Positions 10,531-21,494 of a DNA stretch of 64,000 bases are shown piece after piece (within the stretch, counting starts at the first letter, position 1; each line of letters starts with the position of its first letter). A program made the translations under genes and the position numbers. The notes under the pieces are model-generated. The model did not search any database. It was not told the origin of the DNA and saw nothing but the letters and a program-made list of their open reading frames with translations. Source of the stretch: Microthyrium microscopicum. Taxonomy: Eukaryota. The stretch lies in the NCBI GenBank assembly GCA_010405405.1, contig MU004230.1, positions 2,762,627 through 2,826,626 on the forward strand. The letters are read 5' to 3'.

Positions 10531-13465
10531 TCAACCTATATCTACAAATGCCCTTTTCTTCCCGCTACTCGCCACATCATCAGCTTCCACATCTTCCAGG
10601 GTCGATATGCCTTTCTCTCTCGCTCTATCCTCAATACACTTGAGCGCCGCCAGATTGAAGCCCAACACATCCTTAACCTCACCCAGTGTCGCTCTGAGCT
10701 CCCGCCGAATCGTCTCCAACGACGCCTTAAGCTCCCTGCTTGTGACAATCTGCTTCTGATGCGTCTTGATCATGAAAAATAGTACCCGACACACGAGCGT
10801 CACATCCCGCTGCTTTGTCACCCAAATGCTGATGAAGGTGAGCAGCGCTGGCAGTACCGAGAATGGTAATACTAGCAATGCATCTTGTAATTGAGCGGCG
10901 GGTATCTTGGCGAAGGTGTTGAGAACGTGTCGTTCTGCGCTGATGAAGCCGAGAGCCATGAACAGCGGATCGCGTTGAGGTGGCGCCATCTTCGGATTCA
11001 CTGCTTTTTGGCGCTCCCACGCTTGTACGGTGGCTAGGTCTTCCATGCCGAGCTCCAAAGCTTCCATGATCTTTTCTCCAGCAGTGAGTGTAGCGACTGT
11101 TTGCTTGGAAGCAGCGACAGCAGCATCTTCATCAGCGTTGCCGTCCATGTCGTCATTGTCGAGAGAGGTGGTGAGGGTTGACTCATATAGTTCTTCCATT
11201 TCACGCTCGCGCTCTTCTTCCAGAAAGATGGGTTCATCAGTCAAATTCCAGATGCGTATACTCTTGTCATGGGAGGCGGTGACAAAGAAATCGCCCGTCC
11301 GACTGACTGCGAGAGCCCATATTTCGCTGTGATGCCCGCTGAGTTTTTGGACTTGTTCAAATTTGTCGCCGTCCCAAGTCTTGACGGAGCGGTCTTTGCT
11401 GGCGCTGAAGAAAAAGTGACCTTCTTCTGGGGTGGCTGGTTCTTGGATAAACTTGACGTTCATGATACTGTCGTTGTGGCCGAATAAGGCCTTGTGGCAA
11501 TCGCCAAAGTCTAGGCCCCAAAGCCGGATGTTTTTATCAGCGCTGGATGTGGCTATTAGTTTGCTGTCAGATGATATTGACATGCTTATTGCGGGAAGTC
11601 GATGACCGTAGAGATTGAGAAACAGTTTGAGGGTGTCGGTGAAGAATACTTTGACGGTATTATCTAAAGTTGCAACAGCCAGGAGTCGGGAGTCGGGAGA
11701 GAAGCAGAGGCTGAGGATATCATCGTTGACCTTGAGGGATCTTGTGTGCGTGAGTTTGAGTCGAGGAGTGGTTCTTTTTGTTCCAGGAATATCTTCTTGA
11801 ACAATGTCAAAGTTCCAAAACTTTGCTGTCTTGTCTGCTCCGCCAGTCACACATGATTTGCCATCAGGATGGACCTGCAGTGACCATATCGAGGCTTCAT
11901 GTGCTTGTATGCTTTCAATCAGAGTCGACGAGGCAATATCGAAGAGCTCAATCTCTCCTGTTTTGGTACCGACAACAACTATCTTGTCACCAGGCAGGAA
12001 AGCGCAACATAGAGCATAGCCACAATCTAACGTTCTCAAACAAGCTCCAGTCTTGACATTCCATATCTTCAGCAAACCACTTGAAGCAGTTGCAAGCATT
12101 CGGTCATCCGAGCTGAGTGAAACAGCTCGAACATCGGTCCTATGGCCAGGACTGTCAATGGAATATGTTCTTGTATAATCGGACCCCTCTTCCGCTTTCG
12201 CTTTTCGCTTTTCAGACTCGATGGCTATGATGTCGTAAACCTCTATCGAGTTATTGCCGCAAGCAGCTGTCAGTTGCACCATCTTGCTGGATTTCTTGTC
12301 GATCCAGTCTATCGCGCTGACCTTGCCACCTGTCCGCACAATTGTGTATGGAACAAAGTATTCCGTAATCGCAGGTGCTTGATCTTCTTCGTGGTCTCCA
12401 TTGGTCATGGCTGTATCATCGTCGCCATTAGTTTGTCCTGCCTTTTCTCTCTTTCTCCGCTTCTTTCTCTGCATGCTCTTCTGTACTTCGGTCTCAGAAC
12501 GTATTCTCCATACCTCCACAGCTTTCTCAGACCCGTAGACAGCAAAGTAATCGGCCTTGGGATGAAATATAACGCCAGTCGTCCTCTCTTTGCTTTGCCG
12601 AAATATGATGCCTCGATCTTGTAAAACTCGAGGTCTCTCTTTCCCATCCACTCCATTATGCGTGAATTGTGCGGCTTGTACATTAACAGACCAGACTTTC
12701 AGCTCTCCGTCATTTCCCGCAGTTATACATCCACTCATGTCCGGCGTAACACCCATTGCCCAGCATTCTCCGTTGCTTTGCGCAACATGCGTCTCCAGAC
12801 AGTGTTGCGAAGCCACGTCCCAGAATTTGATTGTTGCATCTTTACTGGCCGAGAGTATGAACGAGTACTCCTCTGAGGTCTGCTCCTCCGAGTCCTCCTC
12901 CTCTTCAGATTCGCCCGATGAGATCCATGACAAAGACACCACCTGATCCTTATGCCCTCGAAGTTTGAATAAGCCAACCTCCGCCACAAGATCCCATATA
13001 ATTATATCAGTGTCCTTTGCGCCGCTAGCCAATCGAGCCCCAGACTGATCAAATGCGAGCGTAGTCACCGCAGACTTGTGCCCATTGAAGCTTATAACAA
13101 TCGATTCGATCCGCGAGTCCCAGACTTTGATAGTCCCATCATCGTACCTGTCAAAAACCCATCAGCATTCGCACCTTCCAGAAAATGCGCCGTCACAAAA
13201 CTCACCCAACAGCATAGATATCCGGATCCGCGCCACTTTTCGTCAAAGCAGTGACTTGCGCGCTAGTGTTGACATCGCTCCATCGACTAACAAGTTGTCC
13301 TTTCTTGATATCCCATGTCAAAACATGCTCATTTGCGCCCACAACAGCGAGTCCAGGTCCAGTGGCGCGGGAGGAGGAATCGGCGACGGAGACGATGTTC
13401 GAGAGACTAGAGGCTACGAGGCCAAAAGTCTGGGACAGCTCATATTTGCTGTATGTTCGTACCAT
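10531..13465 (-). CDS. DIP2: U3 snoRNP/SSU processome WD40 protein Utp12/Dip2
   Basis: Exon 1 (13465-13206, MVRTYSKYELSQTFGLVAS), intron 13205-13148, then many WD40 repeats (GLFKLRGHKDQV, LFLNLYGHRLP, WGLDFGDCHKALFGH) and a C-terminal Utp12 domain (TLTAGEKIMEALEL, LQDALLVLPF). Confidence 0.95.
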
Positions 13466-16400
13466 GGCTGGTTTGGTGGGTGGTTGGAAAGTTCACAAGT
13501 TGGTTGGTCGCAAAAAAAATTGGAGGGGACGTGAGGGGCGGCCTCTTCGCGCTAGGAATTTGACAGAAGGCAAGGTTGGCAAACTAGTTAGTATAGTCTA
13601 GTACTAGTACTAGTAGGACTAGTATCTAGTATTAAAAGTAGCTACTAGTACTAATTAGTCTAGGGATACTCTAGTACTAGTACTAGTACTATACTAGTCT
13701 AGTATTTTATAATACTAATTAGACTAGTACTATAGTATACTACTAGTATACTAGTACTAGTTCTATACTAGTTTTATAAATAGATTAGGTAATATTATAG
13801 GCTAAAAAATACATTATTTAATTTAGTATTTTACGTAGAATATAATAGTGTTATTCGTTTTAATAGGCGCTAACTAGTTCTAGAGTTATTTAACTTTAAA
13901 GTTAGAGCTTTTTTTTTTTATTAAAAAATAAAGCTTAAATAATTACTAGAGTAGTTAGTTTTTAATTTTAAGTAATTATTTTTTAGGTATAGCCTCCTAG
14001 AATTATACCTAATAGAATACAAAAAGAATTAGAACTAAATACTATTATTATAAGTTTTAATACAAATAATTAGATATTAAGAGTATAAATATAATAGATA
14101 AAAAGAATAAAGTTAACTAAAATACTATATTTAACTTAACTATACTAGAAATTACTATTTTTAAGTAAACCTATATATAGTTCGATTCGTTATAGCGTAA
14201 TGAGTATACTTAGAGTATTAGTTTTATATAATACTTACGTAATAAAGATATATTAAATATATTAGTAATAAAAATTAATATTTATAATAAAAAAGTAAGT
14301 AAATAGTAGAAATAAGTCTTTTAATTATAGTTTTTTAAATAAATCTTAGCTACATTATAAATATATATAAATTCTATATAAAACTATATATCTATTTTAT
14401 CTTATCTAAGCTTATTTAGTATTTAAAAAAACTTTTTATTATTTCTAAGTTTCTTAAATACTACTAAGAGTTATAATACTTAAGATATAAAACCTATATT
14501 ATTATATAAAGCTATTTTAGGGCTATATAATAATATAGAATTTCCTATATATTTGCTATCTAATTTAATTCTAGATTCAAAATATAAAATACTACTTTAT
14601 ATAGTAAAACTTTAAACTATCTTTTATTATTATTTTAAAACTATTTATATAACTACTAAAACTAAACATCTATAAACTATACTATATATTATTATGTACC
14701 TTAAAGCCTACTCTATCTAATAATCTAACTTATCTTTCTTAAATATACACTTATTACTAGTTATATTTTAAATACGTTTTTTTTATTTTTATAATTAACC
14801 TACTTATTAGAGTAAGATAAGCTATGATTTAATATATAATTTATAAAGAATAAATATAAGTAGTAGATTTCTAAATTTTAATGTAATATAACTAGCTATA
14901 AGTATTAATATCTATTAAAAGTTAAACGTAAATCTTTAAATTAGTATATAAATTTATAAGTTCTTTATATTAGGATTTTAACTACTTTTACTATATTATA
15001 TTAAATAATCTATATACTACAAAACTTAAATCTATACTACTACTCTATACTCTAATACTTAATAATCTTATACTTATTTTTACTTTTAATAATAATATTT
15101 TAGTTTTAACTAATCTTTTTATATTTTCTATTTAAACTAATACCTATAACTTCCTAACGCCTAAAAGATAAACCTAACTAACTCTACTACATTAATAATT
15201 ACTCTCTACCTCACTTTCACTACTATCCTCATTTCTAGATTTATATAATAATAATTTTTCAAACTTATTAATATCTGCTAATTTCTAGTTTTTAAGCTAA
15301 ATAATCCTTTTACTAGTCTTTACTAGTAGTTTATTTCTATTATTTAAAATAATATCTGCTCCAATACTAAATATACTTTTAGCACTAGTAGAAGTACTAG
15401 GTATTATTAAGTATTTTTTAGCTAAATGAAATAAAATAGGAAATTGATTTTGGTTTTTAACCTAGTAATCTAAAGGGTGTTTTTTAGGATGCTTACGTTC
15501 TTGTCCTAAATAACGAATATACTCTTCTTTAGTAGTAGTAGTATTATCGTTAGTAATAGGAATAAAAAACGTATTTTCATTATCATCTAAAATAGGATCT
15601 AAATTACTACTTTCTTAATTTAAAGAAGTAGGATTTAGTTTTATTTTAGCTAAATTATACTCTTCTTCAAATAAATTAGTAACGTCTATTAAAATCTAAG
15701 GATAGTAAAATAATAAGCTACGAGGATTATTTGTAAAGTGTATTGTTTTATATCTAGGATCTAAAATCAAAGCTATAATAAAAGGTTTTAGATTTTCTAC
15801 TACTTCTCGATTTATAATCTTATAAGGATAGTATTCTTCTAGCTTATTAAGGCCTTCCTTAATAGCATTAATAAAGTATTTACGCTTAGGATAATCTTCT
15901 AATATAATAGAGTTAAGAGACATAGAAAATTTAAGCATTTAATCTTCTAAATTTTTAAATAGTTAATAAACATGTAAAAGCGTTTAATTAACTGTAGTAT
16001 AAATCTGCCCTTATAAAATAATGGTAGAGGTTTCAAAATAGCCTAAAATGTTCTTTAAATGCTTTAATGCTAGCTAATTAGCTTTATTAAATATAAACTT
16101 CTTAAACTTTTTATCTTTAGTATTAGTAAAGACGTATTCAACATAAGGTTTAAGTTTAAAAAAACAATTTAGAGTATAATACGTAGAATTCCATCTAGTA
16201 TTATTATCTATAGGTATTTTAGTTATTTTAATATCTTTGTCTAGTATCCCTCTTTTAATATAAGGAATCCTTATAGGTTTGGTGTTTTAGTGTTAGATCT
16301 AGAGATCTAATCCTACAGATAAGATCTCTTTATCCCGTTTAGGGTTAGTGTGTCTAAGGATCTCCTAGGCCCTATATCTTTATATTTATAGCTCTATCTT

Positions 16401-19400
16401 TAGATCTCCTCTCTTCGTACGTAGATTCTATAATATTAGCTATATTCTACTCGCCTAATTATGCCTAATAGCTCTTTATATAATCTATGTACCTCTATAC
16501 TAAAAAATAACTCTATACGTTTATTACGCATTACTAAATTGCTACTAGCTAAAGTTGTACTTAAATCTGCTAAATAATAACAATATATTAGTAGTACTAC
16601 TCTTAGTTAGGATTAGTGCTATTTAGATCCTTATAAAAGGTACTAGTAAAAGCTATAAATACCTAATTAAATAAACGCTTTTTTAGCGTTATTTACTAGA
16701 ATAAAGAGCATAAAGTAGTTAAAGCGTTTACTCTACTATGTTCTTCTACTAATAATCTATAGAGGCATTTCTATATCCTCTCTACTTACTATCTACTTAT
16801 ATATACCTTATCTCTTGTCTAAAAATATCTATTATTCTATTATCTTAGTTCTAATAATAATAGAAATAATATTACTATAGATTCTTAGAATAATTAGCGC
16901 GTTAATTATAGTATACTACCTTATCCTCTTTATCTTAAATATAAATACTTATAATCTTATTTACTAAAGCGCTCTCTACTTCTTTATAACTTATATAGAT
17001 ACTTTTTAAAGGCTATATTAGTTATATTAGATATAAAAGCTAATTAGATATTAACTTTATAGTTAACCCTTTAATATAAACTACTTAATATCTAAGATTC
17101 TATTAAACTCCTTTTAATACCTAAAAAGAATAAAAGACTCTTTAATAATAAAGATGCTAAATTCTTATATTAGAACCTTATAGATATCTATAAAGTAGAA
17201 AAAGCTTTTAAAGTAATACTTATTGTAGTATTAATAAAAGAGCTAGAATTAAAGAAAAAGGTATTAATCTTTAATACTACTTAGATTGCTAGCCTTTTTG
17301 TAATAAAAGTAATTAAAGGAAAAGAATATATAATAGAAGCGTTAAATAATAGTAAAGTACGTCTTCTAAAAGATATATAATTCTAGTTAGATTTACTACT
17401 TAGTTGACCTAACCCTCTAAACATCTTTCTAGGATTCCTTTTCTATTTACTTATTATATCTATAGACCTAAACTACTAGGTTACTCTATTAGTAGTAGAT
17501 AAGCCTTTATTTATATAGGCCTTATATAGAATTAGACTAAAATAAGGAAAATAAGTATTAATAATTTACTAAGACGAAATAAACCTATTAAACCTAGTAT
17601 AAGATTAATATCTTACTATTAAAGGGGAGGATTTCCTATATTATTATATTAAATCTAGCTATTCTAAAGATTTCTTTAAATAACTTTATATTATGTTAGT
17701 AATATTATAGACTATAACTCTTTGCTATTAGTCTTTAAGATTAGTATAGGATACTATTATAAAGAACTTCTTAGAATTAAACTTTAATATAACTTATCTT
17801 AAGAAGTTATTTAAAACCTTATAGGAAAAAGCTATAAATTAGTAATAGTTAATAGAGGATATTTAAGCCTATATTAACTAACTATAATATAACTATACTA
17901 TTAAATTAAATATAGTATACTAGTTAGAATAATAAACTATTATAAAGCTAGAGACTAAATAAGCTACTAACCTTTAATATTAAGAATTAGTTAACTTACT
18001 ATGTACTAAGGTTACTAAACTAGAAGAATAGCTATAAGTAGTATTAGTTATAGTACTACTACCCTATATTAATTATAAAGATTTAGAAGATAATACTATT
18101 CTAAGTTATTATATATTAAACTCTATACGTTTAGTAGTATTAAGTAATATCTAATTTATAAGAATGTAATATCTAACCCTATTATTAACTACTATAAGCG
18201 TAGTAAGTAGTTATTCTTATTTTAAGAAACTTAGCGACTTTACTAGAATTAATATAACTAAGTATAAGATATAGAAGGAGAAGATACTTAACGTTTTACT
18301 TAATAATAAGGTATATTTATACGTCTTAATAAAGAAGAAAAAGATTAAATTTATTTATTAACGCCTTATTAGTACTACTTATAACCTTGCCGTTATTTAA
18401 AAAGGTAGAGAATTAAAAAACCTATATAAGTATATAAATAAAATATAAGCTAATTTAGATAGCTACTTTTATTCTAAAAATAGTTTTAAAGACGCTAAAG
18501 CTTAGTTAAAATTACCTAAAGCGAAAATGAAGGATTCTAAGACTCTTTAAGGATTTTTAAGATAATTTAAAGCTAACTCTATAGATATAGAACTTAATAA
18601 ACGTAAGAAGATTATTAAACTTAAAAATCTAATCCTAAAAAAGTTTATAAACTTCTTAGTAGCTTATAATATTAAAGACTTTACTACCTTTTATACTTAA
18701 TTCTATAACGTTAGTTATTATATTAACTATAAACTAAATACTAATGCAAATTTAAATAATAGTAACCTATATTAGAATAACTTACGTTAGAGAAATAATT
18801 AATCTTCTAATTAAGGAAGTAATACTAACGCTAAAAATAATAATATTTCTTAACCCCTAGATATATTTTAAGTACTAAAGACTAAGAAACGTTATATTTA
18901 TTATAATAAAAAAGAATATCGTACTAATACTAAGAACCTACTTTATAAAAATTAAGAGCTATTGTTTAATTAGAAGATTAAAGCTAAAGTTGCTTAACTA
19001 GCTATAGTATTTACGCGCGTACGTTAAGATTAATAGCTCTTTATTAAGAAAGCTTAAGATAAAGATAACTATTATTTATTAAACTAGATACTTCTTTGCT
19101 AAGCTATAAGAAAGAGCTAAATAAGAATAAAGTACAAAATAAATAAAAGAAACGTTAGAATAACTAACTTAACGTATAACTACCTAATATTAAAACTAAT
19201 AAGCAAAAAGCTAAGAAGACCTTTTATAAGAATAAGGAGATTATTATTAAATATCTATATTATTATATTAAGCGCCTTAAATATAAAGAAGTAGTTTGTA
19301 AGAGACGTATTATACTAGTATACTCTTAAGCTATCTATATATTACTAGCTTTTATTATACCTATAATATAGCTAAAGGATATTAAAAAGAAAGACCCTAT

Positions 19401-20289
19401 TATTAAATCCTAATAGACTATAGTAAAGTAAGTTTACGTCCTATATAGTAAAGCATATTCTAATATAGGTATCCTAATTAATATAGGTAGTAGCGCTATA
19501 AGTATTATTAATTCCTACTATTTATAATAATATAGTATACTAATATTTAACCTTACTTAACCTTAAATTATTAAGCTTACTAATAGTAAGTCTATTTCTA
19601 TAGTTAATAAGGCTATCCTTATTAATATTCGTATTAGCTACTATGTTAAATAACTTAGTTATTTTGTTATAGAAGTTACCTTGTACGACCTAATATTAGG
19701 AGCGCCTTAGATAGATTAATATAAAGTTAATCTCTATAGGGAATTAAGAATCTTAACCTTTAGTAGTATATAATATATTACTAATTATATTATATTACAT
19801 TACTTAATATCTATAGATCTAAAAGGACGTATAATTAATCTTCTTTTTCCTAATAATATAGACATTACGTTTATATTAGCTATAGTATTTAAGAAGCTTT
19901 TAAAGCGTAAAGACGCTATTATTAATGCCTTTTAGCTAGAAGATTTTAAGAAAATAAAAGATAATAGAATAATAGATAAGGATAATAATAATGGAGAAAT
20001 AATAAACCTCTCTATTTACGCTATCTCTAAAGAGGATTATATTAAATAATAGGATAAGTAGAATAGCCTATATATATTATAAGAAGAAATACTAAAGCTT
20101 ATTCTAGAGAAATTCTAATAATACTTTAAGGTTTTTAACCTAAAACGAGCTAATACTCTTATACTATATTAAGGCAAATTTAATTATACTATTAACCTTA
20201 TCCTAGACGCAAAAATACTAAAACGTTATTCTATCTTAATATCCCTAAAGTAGGCATTAGTAGTAAAGTAATATATAGAGTAATTATTA

Positions 20290-21494
20290 TTATTAAATCT
20301 TGTTTATTGTCTTTCAGCTACGCTAATGGGCTATGCAGACGCTACTCTTAATAAGCGGGTAAAAACCCTTATCTAATCAGCCGATCTACCCGAATCTAGC
20401 CGAGCCGGCTCACTCCAGGCCTGAGGCCTAGTCCGGCTTCGGCTAATCCCTACATGTTCGGCAAACCGAGGCGCTAACTACATAAGGGAAAACCCCGCTG
20501 TCGTGTTCCGTGGGCCGATCCGTGCCAAGGCCGTTAATACTATGCCAAGCCCCATCGGCTTCCCGAGCCACGGAAGCATTGGTGGGTCGGGAGAGCCGAA
20601 TTCCGGGTAGTATCCAACCGCGGCACCTCTCCAGGCCGGTATCCGTTACGGGTTATTGTTCTTCCGTTCGGTCCACTGCTTCAAGTTCTTGAAGTTGCCG
20701 ATGTTGTCGTCCCCCGAGGGGCCGAGATTCCTTCCTTGTTATTGTGTTAGATCCCTCCATTCGTGCCGCAATACCGAGTCCGAGGCAGCGCCGACGGTCT
20801 GCCGAGAGCTATCCGTCTACGCTGTGCTTCGCTTTCGAGCCGAGATCCAGGTCCTTCGGCTCGGCGTGTTCTGGGTCACCTCCCCCGAGTCTGCCGGCTT
20901 ATTCCTGTAGCGCCGTGTTTGTGCCGACCCGAGGGCACCGTACTTACCGAGCCGTGGTGTCCTGGATCCCGTGATTTACTGCCGTGTCGTTCGGTCCGAT
21001 CTTTGCCTTAACCGATTGCGGCTAGATTTCGGGCTTACTAAGCCAAGGCCGCTCCTCCGATCTAATTGCCAAGAGCCGTAAAAGAATTGGCTTCGGCATG
21101 CCGAATTTGCTGCGCTTCGGCGATGTTGTGGCTTTGTTTGTGTGTGGCTTTGCGTGCCGTGTGGCTGGTTTCCAATCATGTGATTTTTGACGCTAGTCCG
21201 TTATTGTTGGTGGGGCTTCGACAAGGATGATCTTGTGGCTGCATACAGCGGTCACGTGATACAAAAATTTGCACCTTCCGCGACGTATTAAAAAGAGCTG
21301 TAGCTCGTCCTCCACACCTGCTAAAAAGGGAAGGATAACCTTCCCTAAAAAGGGGTGAACGTGGCTTTAAAAGCGAGTAACGATTGCCTTTTTGGGGTGG
21401 TGGGGGAGACGGGAATCGAACCCGTGCCCTGCGGATTCTCAAACAGGTAGGGCCTGCCGCGAGATCGCAAGTACTACCACTGTACTACTCCCCC
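20290..21494 (-). mobile_element. tRNA-headed non-autonomous non-LTR retroposon (long SINE-like), 1205 bp
   Basis: Absent from the equivalent site of Gypsy-A copy 2 (~39980-40000). 18-bp TSD TATATAGAGTAATTATTA at 20272-20289 and 21495-21512; (TAA)n tail at the 3' end; tRNA-like head with A and B boxes at the 5' end; GC-rich against AT-rich flanks. Confidence 0.85.
21398..21494 (-). ncRNA. tRNA-like head of the retroposon (probably not a functional tRNA)
   Basis: GGGGGAG-TA-GTAC-AGTGGTA-GTAC-T-TGCGA...TCCGCA-GGGC-ACGGG-TTCGATT-CCCGT-CTCCCCC-A-CCA. Perfect 7-bp acceptor stem, D arm, T arm with B box and an encoded CCA. The anticodon arm is expanded by about 22 nt and has no canonical U33/anticodon. 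Confidence 0.8.

Noticed and set aside
9050..13601. Antisense and alternative-frame ORFs overlapping the GPI protein and DIP2
   Set aside because: Shadow ORFs of real coding sequences with no independent evidence.
13580..13770. CRISPR-like or telomeric array suggested by repeated ACTAGT/TACTAG words
   Set aside because: No constant repeat-spacer period and no (TTAGGG)n; explained as RIP-converted hAT subterminal repeats mirrored at ~29870-30070.
20340..20385. Hammerhead ribozyme near the retroposon 3' end (CTGA followed by a stem on the - strand)
   Set aside because: The core reads CTGATTA rather than CUGANGA, and no GAAA follows the stem.
20510..21442. Several 60-88 aa ORFs on both strands within the GC-rich insert
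   Set aside because: Overlapping, motif-free ORFs are expected in GC-rich DNA, and none resembles RT, endonuclease or gag.
21398..21494. Functional tRNA gene or tmRNA
   Set aside because: No canonical 7-nt anticodon loop or U33, a mismatch in the anticodon stem, and a position at the exact end of a TSD-flanked insert; no tmRNA tag ORF between the tRNA-like halves.
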